Assembly: GCA_023435925.1 (NCBI GenBank)
Contig: JAEZLF010000288.1
Span: forward strand, 13 to 64,012
Direction: 5' to 3'
Length of the DNA: 64,000 nucleotides
Source: Bacillota bacterium
GTDB lineage: Bacteria > Bacillota > Clostridia > Acetivibrionales > DTU013
The notes under the pieces are model-generated. The model was not told where the DNA came from, did not search any database, and saw only the letters and a program-made list of their open reading frames with translations. Each line of letters starts with the position of its first letter. Positions within the stretch are counted from its first letter, which is position 1. The translations under genes were made by a program, and so were the position numbers. Positions 45,141 to 54,650 of the stretch are shown piece after piece.

Positions 45141-45998
45141 ATGGAAAAAATTCATGTTATCGTTGCTGTCCATAATAGAATAAACATTACGCGCTCTTTT
45201 ATAAAATCACTGGAGACCCAGTCATTTAAGAATATTCATCTTATCCTTATTGACGATGGATCTACAGATGGCACATGTGAAATGGTTAACGATTGTGTGT
45301 TGAATAAAACAATTATCCGCGGCGATGGCAATCTGTGGTGGGGTGGTGCTTTGCATAAAGCCTATCTATGGTTGAAGCGTAATGATGTTGATCCTGAAGA
45401 TTTTGTTTTGACCGCAAATGATGATATTAAAGTTGATGATGAGTTTATACAAAGCGGTATCAGGATTCTTTCAAATGAATCAAACGCCTTTCTGACAGCC
45501 AATGGATTTGATTTGAATAGCGGTGAGCATTTAGACGGAGCGGTTTTTTATAATTTTGTTGATGGGACATCTGAGTTAGTTACACAAGAACAGATTACTA
45601 ACTGTGCTTCGACACGTGCCCTTTTTTTCAGAGTGAAGGACTTCCTAAAAGTTGGAGGCTTTCGTCCCGTATTACTGCCTCATTATGGATCGGATTATGA
45701 ATTTACTATCAGGGCATGGCGAAAAGGGTATCGAATCATATCAAATAAAGAGTTGAAGTACCTTGTGGATAAGGAAACAACGGGTAATATGTATTATATG
45801 GATTTAACAGCGAAGGACTTTATGAAGAAGATGTTTTCGAAAAAGTCTGTTTTCAATCCTGTTTATAAGGTTACTTTTATCATATTGGCATGTCCGCTAA
45901 AGTACATTCCTGCAAATTTATTTTTTCAGTTAAAAAGATATATTAACAATATGGTAGTATATATAAAAAGACATTTGGCGGCAAAAAACGAGAGGTAG
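45141..45998 (+). CDS. Family-2 glycosyltransferase
   Basis: HVIVAVHNR...LILIDDGSTDGT...TANDDI. Confidence 0.75.
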   Translation: MEKIHVIVAVHNRINITRSFIKSLETQSFKNIHLILIDDGSTDGTCEMVNDCVLNKTIIRGDGNLWWGGALHKAYLWLKRNDVDPEDFVLTANDDIKVDDEFIQSGIRILSNESNAFLTANGFDLNSGEHLDGAVFYNFVDGTSELVTQEQITNCASTRALFFRVKDFLKVGGFRPVLLPHYGSDYEFTIRAWRKGYRIISNKELKYLVDKETTGNMYYMDLTAKDFMKKMFSKKSVFNPVYKVTFIILACPLKYIPANLFFQLKRYINNMVVYIKRHLAAKNER

Positions 45999-46000
45999 AC

Positions 46001-46804
46001 ATGATCATTATTATTAAGAAGAGTGGGCAAACCTGTAACAGACTATTTCAGTATGCTCATTTTTATGCCTACTGTAAGGAACACAATATAGAGCTTCTTA
46101 ATCCGACGTTCCGTGATTTGCGGAATGTCTTTAATACAGAAATGACCGGCAATGATTCTATAAGAACAAAATTAGAGCTTTTTATTAAAGTAATTTTATA
46201 TACTCTTAAAGGCAATTTAATGAATATAGACTCTCCCGAAAAGAATCTGTTGGCGATGTCTTTGCTAAAAAATAAGGATTATTTGGTATGGGGATGGTGT
46301 TTTCGGGATGCAGCGAATTTTTGTAAATACGCTGACGATATTAGAGATTTCTTTAGAATAAATAGTGTTTATATAAAAAAAGTAGAAAATGAGCTGCTGG
46401 AGAAACGTAAGGTTTATGACAGTATTGTTGGCGTACATATCCGAAGAGGTGATTATTCTACCTGGAATGACGGAAAGTACTATTTTGATGATTCTGAATA
46501 TGTATCTATCATTGAACAGATGTCTAGCTTAATGCCATTTAAAAAAGTACTGTTTATAATTTGTTCTAATGAAAGTGTTAATGTTTTACCTTATAAGGAT
46601 CTAGAAAGAAATCACTTGGGAATATGGATTCCACAGAGCAATTTTGTTGAAGAGCTGTTTTTACTTTCAAAATGCGATAAGATAATTGGTCCGCCCAGTA
46701 CTTTTACGCTATGGGCATCCTTTTATGGCAATATACCATATTTGCATATAGAAGAGAAAAATTTTAAAATTAAGGAGCAGGATTTTAAAGTATGTCTTGG
46801 ATAA
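46001..46804 (+). CDS. GT11-like alpha-1,2-fucosyltransferase candidate
   Basis: N-terminal GQTCNRLFQYAH (compare GNQMFQYA) and the GT11 motif GVHIRRGDY. The cluster makes GDP-fucose. Confidence 0.6.
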   Translation: MIIIIKKSGQTCNRLFQYAHFYAYCKEHNIELLNPTFRDLRNVFNTEMTGNDSIRTKLELFIKVILYTLKGNLMNIDSPEKNLLAMSLLKNKDYLVWGWCFRDAANFCKYADDIRDFFRINSVYIKKVENELLEKRKVYDSIVGVHIRRGDYSTWNDGKYYFDDSEYVSIIEQMSSLMPFKKVLFIICSNESVNVLPYKDLERNHLGIWIPQSNFVEELFLLSKCDKIIGPPSTFTLWASFYGNIPYLHIEEKNFKIKEQDFKVCLG

Positions 46805-46830
46805 TGAATGCTGTTTGAGAATATGCATAA

Positions 46831-46983
46831 GTGCTTTCAAAAAAGATACATGATATACTATTTGATGAAGAGTTGCTAAACAAAATGGCTCACAAGAGCC
46901 TGGAAAGAATAAAAGATTTTACATTAGAGAAAATGGTGCAAGTTCATATGGACTTATTCGGAAAAATGGAGTTGTTAGATTGA
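46831..46983 (+). pseudogene. Orphan C-terminal remnant of a GT4 glycosyltransferase
   Basis: 50 codons with no usable start, preceded by in-frame stops at 46816 and 46828. They read LSKKIHDILFDEELLNKMAHKSLERIKDFTLEKMVQVHMDLFGKMELLD, the typical tail of GT4 enzymes. The stop overlaps the TTG start of the next gene. Confidence 0.5.
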
Positions 46984-48185
46984 ATAAAAGACTATACATT
47001 ATAAACCAACATTATTATCCTGAGCTTGCTTCCACAGCTCAGGTTTTTCAAGAAATTGCAGAGTATTTTGTGACGATTGGGTATGACGTGACTGTTGTTG
47101 CAGGGTTACCCTTTTACCATGACGGCATTTCCGTAGAGTATAGTAGTATAAAGGAGCTTAATGGCGTTAAGATCAAGAGACTCTGGAATACGACTTTCAA
47201 GAAGAGTTCTTTTTTGGGGAAAAGCATTAATCTATTGACATTTCAGATTAGCTTGCTGGGCTTTACCTTATTTCGTATAAACAGCTCTTCCACGGTTATG
47301 GTTGGTACGAACCCGCCACTGGCAATTGTTTCAGCATATATGGCAAAGATTTTGAAGAGGTTTAAGCTTGTTTCGGTGATCCAGGATTTATACCCGGATA
47401 TCCTTATCAGCAGCGGTTATTCAGATGGACGGTCTTTGTCCTACAGACTTCTATCAATGGTGATGAAAAGGTCTCTCAAACATTGTGATCATGTAGTGAC
47501 AATTAGTGACGATATGAAAATGTATATACAGAAGACATACGGAGTTGATAAAATTCAAGTTATCAACAATATGATTATTGGTCACATATTCCCAATAGAT
47601 AACCGTCAACCGAAGGAAATGGAAGGTATTTTGGACAAACTGGTTGTGATGTATTCCGGAAATTTTGGTGTTGCACACGAATATAATACTTTGTTAAATG
47701 CTGTTAGACTGCTGAGGCATAACACAGACATTATTTTTAGAATTGTAGGCGGAGGTATTAACTACGATACCCTAAAGAGTATTTGTGTAAATGAAGGCCT
47801 TTCGAATATTAACTTTCTGCCGTATGTAGAAAAAGAGGAACTCAACAACAATCTTAATCTGGCAGACATACATATCATTGTATTTAATGATAACTTCAAA
47901 AATGTGTTAATGCCTAGTAAGTATTATGGGATACTTGCATGTGGAAAACCTTTCATTTTAATTTCTGATGGTCAGAATGACATATCAAGGGATGTTGATA
48001 GGTATGGCATTGGATATTCCATTCAAAGAGGAGATTCACAAGGATTGGTAGAAATACTAACAAGTATTTCAATGAACAAAAAGAAGATTGATGAAATAGG
48101 CACTAATTCCAGCCGGTTATATAATAGTAAGTATGCCAGAAACTTGGTTTTTGATAGATATAAGCGACTGCTGGAGGAGCTGTGA
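46980..48185 (+). CDS. Family-4 glycosyltransferase (WbuB/WcaI-like)
   Basis: LYIINQHYYPELASTAQVFQEIAEYF N-terminus typical of the WbuB/WcaI subgroup. TTG start. Confidence 0.75.
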   Translation: MNKRLYIINQHYYPELASTAQVFQEIAEYFVTIGYDVTVVAGLPFYHDGISVEYSSIKELNGVKIKRLWNTTFKKSSFLGKSINLLTFQISLLGFTLFRINSSSTVMVGTNPPLAIVSAYMAKILKRFKLVSVIQDLYPDILISSGYSDGRSLSYRLLSMVMKRSLKHCDHVVTISDDMKMYIQKTYGVDKIQVINNMIIGHIFPIDNRQPKEMEGILDKLVVMYSGNFGVAHEYNTLLNAVRLLRHNTDIIFRIVGGGINYDTLKSICVNEGLSNINFLPYVEKEELNNNLNLADIHIIVFNDNFKNVLMPSKYYGILACGKPFILISDGQNDISRDVDRYGIGYSIQRGDSQGLVEILTSISMNKKKIDEIGTNSSRLYNSKYARNLVFDRYKRLLEEL

Positions 48186-48188
48186 GAG

Positions 48189-49196
48189 ATGCTGGAAAAA
48201 ACAGTGAAAATATTGATTACAGGCGTTAATGGGTTTATTGGAAAAAACGTTGCACATGAGCTGTATACTATTATGGGAGTTGAGATCATTGGTGTCTCAG
48301 TTGAAGAATCTTGTTCCTTTCCTGAAGTGAAAAGCTATGAACAAGGCGACATTTCGGATTTCGTAAGAATGGAAGCAATCTTTGAAAAGCATAGACCAGA
48401 TATCGTAATCCATTTGGCGGCCATTGTCCATAAAAAATCGTTGAATGCAACTTATGAAGTATTTTACAAAGTAAATTACTTGTCAAGTGAGAACATTTTT
48501 AAACTTTGCAGAAAATATAATGTAAGGAAGTTGCTTTATTCCAGTACGGTTGAAGTTTATGATATGTGTGGAAGCAAGATTATATGCGAGGCATCAGAAG
48601 CTTTACCATTGAGCGATTATGGCAAGACAAAGCTTATGGCTGAGCAAGCATTGATTACGTTGGCTGAGTCTTCGGAAATGAATTATGCTGTTATGAGGTT
48701 TGCACCTGTTTATGGAGATGACTTTACACTAAATCTGGATAGACGTATTTATTTAGTAAAGGGAAAGCTGTTGTACTTTTTTGGAGATGGTAGCTATTTC
48801 TATAACATGTGTTCTATTCTCAATGTAGTCGATTTCGTGAAAGCGTTTATTGCAGGCAGCTATCCAAGTGGAGTTTATAATATAAGTGACACAAAAAATT
48901 ATTCAGTGAAGGAACTTGTTGCCTTTGAAAAGATGAAAGCGGCCCAAAAGAATGGCAAGAAGGCACCTGTCTCTATCCGTTTGCCCTTTTACCTGACTTA
49001 TATTGCTATTGCAATTATTGAAGAAACCCTTAAAATATTTAACAGAAAGAGTATTATTTCTGTTTATAACTTCAGGAAAATTTTTAGGTGTACTGTTTTT
49101 GATAATACAAAGGCTGCCCGAATTGTAGGTGGTATTAAATGGGATATTGTGTCGACTTTGTATGGAGGAGGTGCTGAACATGAAGAGAATACTTGA
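48189..49196 (+). CDS. NAD(P)-dependent SDR epimerase/reductase (candidate 4-keto-6-deoxy-HexNAc reductase)
   Basis: ILITGVNGFIGKN and YGKTKLMAE (YxxxK). Position before the initiating transferase and the CapD-like dehydratase. Confidence 0.7.
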   Translation: MLEKTVKILITGVNGFIGKNVAHELYTIMGVEIIGVSVEESCSFPEVKSYEQGDISDFVRMEAIFEKHRPDIVIHLAAIVHKKSLNATYEVFYKVNYLSSENIFKLCRKYNVRKLLYSSTVEVYDMCGSKIICEASEALPLSDYGKTKLMAEQALITLAESSEMNYAVMRFAPVYGDDFTLNLDRRIYLVKGKLLYFFGDGSYFYNMCSILNVVDFVKAFIAGSYPSGVYNISDTKNYSVKELVAFEKMKAAQKNGKKAPVSIRLPFYLTYIAIAIIEETLKIFNRKSIISVYNFRKIFRCTVFDNTKAARIVGGIKWDIVSTLYGGGAEHEENT

Positions 49197-49782
49197 TCTT
49201 GTTGCAGTGTTATTGCTGATAGTATTGACGTTGCCGTTATTATTTCTGATAAGTCTTGTAGTAAAGCTGACCTCCAAAGGCCCTGTTTTGTTCCGCCAGC
49301 GCCGCATTGGGCTGAACAGGAAAGAGTTTGATATATTGAAGTTCCGTACCATGCGTATAGATACGCCGTCCAACGTACCGACGCATATGCTGGAGAATCC
49401 GGAGGCTTTTATTACACCGGTGGGCAGAGTGCTGAGAAAGACCAGTTTGGACGAGCTGCCCCAGCTTTTTAACATTTTGAAGGGGGATATGAGCTTGGTG
49501 GGACCGAGACCGGCGCTGTACAATCAGGAGGATTTGATCGGGCTGCGGGAACAGTTTGGCGTGCACAGGATGCGGCCCGGATTGACGGGCTGGGCGCAGG
49601 TGAATGGCCGGGACGAGCTGGCAATTCCGGTGAAAGTGGAGTATGATCGGTATTATGTGGAGAATTGGTCAATTTGGCTGGATATAAAAATATTGTTTTT
49701 GACAGCGGTGAGCGTGGTCAGGCACAGAGGTGTGGTGGAAGGCAGGCAGGATGCGGCCCGGGTTACGGAGCTTAAGAGGTAA
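49180..49782 (+). CDS. Small monotopic phosphoglycosyl transferase (PglC/WbaP-C-terminal type)
   Basis: MKRILDLVAVLLLIVLTLPLLFL re-entrant helix, then LDELPQLFNILKGDMSLVGPRP. GGAGGAGG precedes the ATG at 49180. The start overlaps the previous gene's end. Confidence 0.85.
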   Translation: MKRILDLVAVLLLIVLTLPLLFLISLVVKLTSKGPVLFRQRRIGLNRKEFDILKFRTMRIDTPSNVPTHMLENPEAFITPVGRVLRKTSLDELPQLFNILKGDMSLVGPRPALYNQEDLIGLREQFGVHRMRPGLTGWAQVNGRDELAIPVKVEYDRYYVENWSIWLDIKILFLTAVSVVRHRGVVEGRQDAARVTELKR

Positions 49783-49899
49783 CACTCTGGATATTATGCT
49801 GCTTTCCAGGTAACGGAGTAGAAGCGATTAGTGGCAGGGTTGCTATGCCAGCGTAATCTTTAGAATATGCAGGAATATATAGAGATGAGGTGAGGTCAT

Positions 49900-51750
49900 A
49901 TGAAGCAAAGAATAAAAGCGAATGCTTTGATTATCGTTGATATTGTATTGGTCAATCTGTCGTTGCTTGCGGCTTACTGGCTGCGTTTTGAGTTTAGCTG
50001 GAGAAGTATTCCAGATTATTTTACTGAAAATATATTGCATTTGGCGTTGATTGCCACTGTGGTGAAGCTGGTTTGTTTTCTGGTTTTCAGATTGTATGAC
50101 TCACTATGGAAATATGCGGGGACTCATGAGCTGATATCTGTTTCCCTTGCTGCGTCTATAAGTAACATCGTCATGCTTGGATATGTGTTTCTTGCCCAGG
50201 TAAGGGTTCCGCGAAGTATTTTCGGTATTACGTTGTTTATTGATATTATACTGATTGGCGGCGCCAGACTGAGCTACAGGGTGATCCGCAGGATCATCAG
50301 AGGAGAAGCGATCCGACTCAAGGATCAGAGAAGGGTACTGATTATTGGTGGCGGTGATGCGGGTGCCATCATAATTAAGGAAATGCTGACCCATAGTGAG
50401 TTGAAAAGCAAGCCGGTAGCCATCATTGATGATGATAAGGAGAAGATTGGCAGGAAGATCAACGGTGTACCCATAGTAGGCGGCAGGAGCAAAATTATTG
50501 AAACTGTCGCGAAAAAAAGCGTTGACGAGATTATTATCGCCATACCCTCTACGAGTCGTAAGGTGATCAACGAGATATATAATATCTGTGCCGAAACGAA
50601 CTGTAAAGTGAAGATTCTTCCGTCTGTTTCCCAATTGATTGATGAAACGGTTGTTATGCAGAAGGTCAGAGATGTGGATATTGAAGACTTGCTGGGCCGC
50701 GAACCGGTGAAGCTGGATCTGGAGGAAATTACTTCTTACCTGAAGGGACATGTGGTACTTGTGACCGGAGCAGGTGGTTCTATCGGCTCAGAGCTATGCA
50801 GGCAGATTGCCTCCTATTCTCCGGTAGAGCTGGTGTTGTTGGATAATTATGAGAATAATTTGTATGATATTCAAAATGAATTGCTGCATAGCTTTCCAAA
50901 ACTGAAGCTTTCCGCTGTAATTGCCAATATTAGAGAGAAGCCCAGGTTGGATAGTATTTTTGCACAATATAAGCCTGAGGTAGTATTTCATGCGGCAGCC
51001 CACAAGCATGTACCGCTGATGGAGGCGAATCCCACTGAGGCCATAAAAAATAATGTATTCGGTACGCTAAATGTAGCGGAATGTGCGGATAAGCATCAGT
51101 CAAAGCGGTTTGTATTGATTTCAACAGACAAGGCTGTGAACCCCACTAATATCATGGGGGCTACGAAAAGGATTGCGGAGCTGGTGATACAGGCCATGGG
51201 AAGGCACAGCAGGACAGAGTTTTCAGCCGTCCGGTTTGGAAATGTATTGGGCAGTAATGGCAGCGTTATCCCTTTGTTTAAGAAGCAGATCGAACAGGGA
51301 GGGCCTGTTACAGTGACCCATCCCGAGGTAATCCGTTATTTTATGACGATTCCCGAAGCGGTGCAGTTGGTGATACAGGCAGGCGCTATGGCAAAGAACG
51401 GAGATATATTTGTGCTGGATATGGGGCAGCCGGTGAGAATTTATGATCTGGCGAAGAATTTGATTAAGCTTTCGGGGTTTGAGCCGGATGAGGATATTAA
51501 GATTGAGTTTACCGGACTGAGGCCTGGGGAAAAGCTTTATGAGGAGCTCTTGATGGCGGAGGAAGGGTTGAAGGCTACCCGGAATGACAAGATTTTTGTT
51601 GCTCATCCTGTGGCTACAGACCTTGCTGTATTAAGAAGAGAGCTGGAAATATTGAAGGATATCACACTCACCGGAAGCAGAGATGTATGTGACGAAGATG
51701 TTTTTGAGTATGTCAAGTCCATTGTACCGACCTATTGCAAGGCGGAGTGA
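49900..51750 (+). CDS. Membrane-anchored UDP-HexNAc 4,6-dehydratase (CapD/PglF/WbpM family)
   Basis: Four N-terminal TM helices, an inner Rossmann segment (VLIIGGGDAGA) and the catalytic domain VLVTGAGGSIGSEL...AAAHKHVPLME...MGATKRIAE. Confidence 0.9.
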   Translation: MKQRIKANALIIVDIVLVNLSLLAAYWLRFEFSWRSIPDYFTENILHLALIATVVKLVCFLVFRLYDSLWKYAGTHELISVSLAASISNIVMLGYVFLAQVRVPRSIFGITLFIDIILIGGARLSYRVIRRIIRGEAIRLKDQRRVLIIGGGDAGAIIIKEMLTHSELKSKPVAIIDDDKEKIGRKINGVPIVGGRSKIIETVAKKSVDEIIIAIPSTSRKVINEIYNICAETNCKVKILPSVSQLIDETVVMQKVRDVDIEDLLGREPVKLDLEEITSYLKGHVVLVTGAGGSIGSELCRQIASYSPVELVLLDNYENNLYDIQNELLHSFPKLKLSAVIANIREKPRLDSIFAQYKPEVVFHAAAHKHVPLMEANPTEAIKNNVFGTLNVAECADKHQSKRFVLISTDKAVNPTNIMGATKRIAELVIQAMGRHSRTEFSAVRFGNVLGSNGSVIPLFKKQIEQGGPVTVTHPEVIRYFMTIPEAVQLVIQAGAMAKNGDIFVLDMGQPVRIYDLAKNLIKLSGFEPDEDIKIEFTGLRPGEKLYEELLMAEEGLKATRNDKIFVAHPVATDLAVLRRELEILKDITLTGSRDVCDEDVFEYVKSIVPTYCKAE

Positions 51751-51796
51751 GATTTTACAGACTTTTTGTAGTATGATAAAGTATATATAGTTGGTT

Positions 51797-51848
51797 AAAA
51801 AATACTGGCGGAATGATGAATGTAGGGTGATCGAGCCGGTATTTTTTG
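51797..51848. terminator. Candidate bidirectional terminator after the CapD-like gene
   Basis: aaaaaatactggc (51797-51809) pairs with gccggtatttttt (51835-51847) with one G-U pair. There is an A-run before and a T-run after. The loop is about 25 nt. A second 13-bp hairpin lies at 51851-51887. Confidence 0.4.
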
Positions 51849-51996
51849 AACAATGTCAGAAGTGAGTATGATCTCTCACTGACATTGCTCAGACGCCACG
51901 TGAAAGCGGGGCGCGCAAGCTTAGCTTACTTGAGTATATGCCGGATTCATTCCGGCATATGCGTGTAGCTTAAATTGAAAGGGGGACTTCACAAGG

Positions 51997-53151
51997 GTGA
52001 AACGGCTGATAGCTTTAACTGTTACAGTGGCCATGCTGATTCTGCCTGCCGGTGCATTGGCAGAATCGAGAGGACCGCTTACATACGACCGCTCTGTTGC
52101 ATTTATGGAGATGAACAGCAGTACGCTAAAAAAGCTCCAGAGGGCAGAAGACGATGCTCTGCGGCAATACAAGAGCAATGTGGAGAGCGCGAAGAATATT
52201 GATGTGAATGGCTTTACTTTTAAGTACGGAAACGAAGAGATGTACATTCATTACGGTGCAGAGACTAAATTAATGATGATTAAAATGAAAGAGCTTTTTC
52301 CGGAGCAGATGAAGTTTTCATGGGAGGCGACGAGGGCAAACCGGGTCATTACTGTTAATGGCCTTAAAGCATCTCTCAGGGGAGTATTTTTCGGCGTGTA
52401 TAATGCTCAGTCGGACTATCAGCTGAAGCAAAAGCAGCTGGCACTGGCTGGGGAGATCAATCGACAGGATAAAATCAAGCAACAGAAGGGCATGATTACT
52501 GATCTGGAAATGGAAGAATCGGATTTTAACCTTCTGAAAGCGCAGAAGGATGCAGATAATGCAAAACGCTCCTATGATAATATGGTGAGGAGCTTTAACC
52601 AGTTTGTAGGTCTGCCTGCCCGAGATGGATTTTCACAGGTCTCATACGAGGATGAGTTGTCCCATCCGGTGTGGAAGCCGGTGGAGGATTACATACAAAT
52701 GGCTCTTGAGAACAGATTTGATATGATCAGCATTCGGAGCCAGATTGCTCTGAAGGAGCAGGAAAAGAAAATTATTGAGTCAGGCTATTTATATAAGACC
52801 AGTACAACGGCACAGGATGAATATGAACGGCTTCTCAATGACCTGGAACAGTTGAATCTGGATTTGGAGGGCATGCGGCTGTCAATCATCAATGAAATAG
52901 AGAATGCCTATGTTGATGTGATCCGTACTGGTAAGAGCGTGGATAATCTAAATAACACGCTGAAACTTCAACGCAGCAGCCACGCCAATATGCAGGCTAG
53001 ATTCGAATCAGGGATGATATCGAAAAATATCCTGACCCAGTCTGAGCTGGGGTTACTACAGGTTGAAAACGGCTATAAGGCAGCTCTCTACGATTATAAT
53101 ACTAGAATCATGCGATTTAACAATGCTACCGGAATTGGTCCGGGATATTAA
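51997..53151 (+). CDS. TolC/OEP-family-like secreted coiled-coil protein
   Basis: Signal peptide MKRLIALTVTVAMLILPAGALA. OEP-type repeat starts LTYDRSVAFMEMNSSTLKKLQ and YIQMALENRFDMISIRSQIALKE. GTG start. Confidence 0.55.
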   Translation: MKRLIALTVTVAMLILPAGALAESRGPLTYDRSVAFMEMNSSTLKKLQRAEDDALRQYKSNVESAKNIDVNGFTFKYGNEEMYIHYGAETKLMMIKMKELFPEQMKFSWEATRANRVITVNGLKASLRGVFFGVYNAQSDYQLKQKQLALAGEINRQDKIKQQKGMITDLEMEESDFNLLKAQKDADNAKRSYDNMVRSFNQFVGLPARDGFSQVSYEDELSHPVWKPVEDYIQMALENRFDMISIRSQIALKEQEKKIIESGYLYKTSTTAQDEYERLLNDLEQLNLDLEGMRLSIINEIENAYVDVIRTGKSVDNLNNTLKLQRSSHANMQARFESGMISKNILTQSELGLLQVENGYKAALYDYNTRIMRFNNATGIGPGY

Positions 53152-53165
53152 GAGGTGTGAATGAT

Positions 53166-54335
53166 ATGAAAAAGTTGATTGCTTCAGTAACATTGATTAC
53201 CATTTTGTTTTCCTTTAGCATTACATATGCCGCAGACAATAGCGGTACAGCCAGTACCAGAGTCGCAGTAGAGAAGACTGGTGATTCAAGCGTGACAATT
53301 GCTTCCGGCGCCGGTGCAGTTACCGGCTCTGCATTAATATTGGACGTTGGCAGAGAATATAAAATCGCAGAGCTGCAGGAAATTGCTGTGAATCACAGCA
53401 GGCAGGCCATGGTGGATGATGTGGACATTAAGAAAAAAGAGATGACAGTCAGAACCGTAAGGTCCGATACCAATGCCATGAGTGACAGCATTCTAAGCAT
53501 TACCAAGCCGATTGATGTGAAGCTGGAGCTGGAGGCGGCCCAAAAGACAAAGCAGGATCACCTGAACCAGCTGAAGGTGGATGTATATAAAGCAGCTATG
53601 AACATACAGCTTTGTAACAAGGAAATTGAGCTGCAGGAACAGAAGCTGGCTCTTGCCCAGGAGAAACTGGAGATGGCTGCTGCAAGATTCAAGGCAGCTA
53701 TGATAACCCAGGATGATCTGGATTCGGCACAATATAATGTAGACAACAGTATGGTGAATCTGACAAATACAAAGGAGAAGTTGAATTCTCTATACCTTGA
53801 GCTAAAAAAGCTTCTCAGCCAGCCACTGGATACTACACCTGTAAAGATAGAGGGGACAATCAAGCTGGAGAAATTTGAAGATATCGATGTTGATTATGCC
53901 CTGAATCAGCTGTATAAAACCGAGACTTCTGTTCATAAAGCAGCAGGGAAGCGGGATATTGCGCAGACGGCGATGGATATTGCAGCGAAGCTTTATCGTA
54001 AGGGAGATCTGATCTATGACAATTGTGTCCTGGATCTGGAAGAGACCGGGCTGGATCTTACCAGTGCAAAAACGGCATTGGATGTGAAAGTGAAAAATGA
54101 ATATAACGATATGGTTAGCAGGTTGGATGATGTGGAGCTTGCCAATAAATATACAGAACTGATGGAGAAGAAGCTGGCTAATGCGAAGATCCGATATGAG
54201 AAGGGTACCATCAGCAGGGAAGTATATATGAGCGCGCAGGAGTCTTTGATCAGTGCAGAGTATGATGCTCTTGCCGCAGTGGTGGACTATAACGGAGCCA
54301 GAGCGGAATTCCGAAACATGTTGGGATTGGAATGA
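53166..54335 (+). CDS. Second TolC/OEP-like secreted coiled-coil protein
   Basis: Signal peptide MKKLIASVTLITILFSFSITYA. Long heptad-rich helices and weaker OEP-like repeat starts (LQEIAVNHSRQAMV, VDYALNQLYKTETSV). AGAGG lies 10 nt before the ATG at 53166. Confidence 0.5.
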   Translation: MKKLIASVTLITILFSFSITYAADNSGTASTRVAVEKTGDSSVTIASGAGAVTGSALILDVGREYKIAELQEIAVNHSRQAMVDDVDIKKKEMTVRTVRSDTNAMSDSILSITKPIDVKLELEAAQKTKQDHLNQLKVDVYKAAMNIQLCNKEIELQEQKLALAQEKLEMAAARFKAAMITQDDLDSAQYNVDNSMVNLTNTKEKLNSLYLELKKLLSQPLDTTPVKIEGTIKLEKFEDIDVDYALNQLYKTETSVHKAAGKRDIAQTAMDIAAKLYRKGDLIYDNCVLDLEETGLDLTSAKTALDVKVKNEYNDMVSRLDDVELANKYTELMEKKLANAKIRYEKGTISREVYMSAQESLISAEYDALAAVVDYNGARAEFRNMLGLE

Positions 54336-54470
54336 ACTTACTGAGCCGGAGTGAGGTATTCTGTAACGCGAAGGCTGTCGAGGCGCCGCAGCACAATGCT
54401 TGGAATAGAGAAAAACAGGACCTGGTGAGACTTTTGGTGGAACTTTTTATGGCATTTATCGTCAAATAAC

Positions 54471-54499
54471 TGGTTATCGTCTGGGAGTATTGGTATAAT
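54471..54499 (+). promoter_or_regulatory. Candidate extended -10 promoter for the second SLH gene
   Basis: TGgTATAAT at 54491-54499 with a weak -35 TGGTTA (54471-54476) at 17-nt spacing. It would give a leader of about 150 nt containing a hairpin at about 54524-54568. Confidence 0.35.
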
Positions 54500-54650
54500 G
54501 ATAAGAGAACATACAGCACAAGGAACGGGGATGCTTCTAAAAATACCATAGCAGAGAAGTTTCCCCGACTGTTTTGATTGCATTATATTATTACATTTCC
54601 GAATAGCGGCAGATGAGTACAAATAAAAACGAATGAAAAGGGGTCTTGAT

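Noticed and set aside
48903-49672. Minus-strand ORFs (206, 108 and 67 aa) overlapping the SDR and small PGT genes
   Set aside because: They are antisense to genes with strong family motifs. Long open antisense frames are expected in the locally GC-rich PGT gene.
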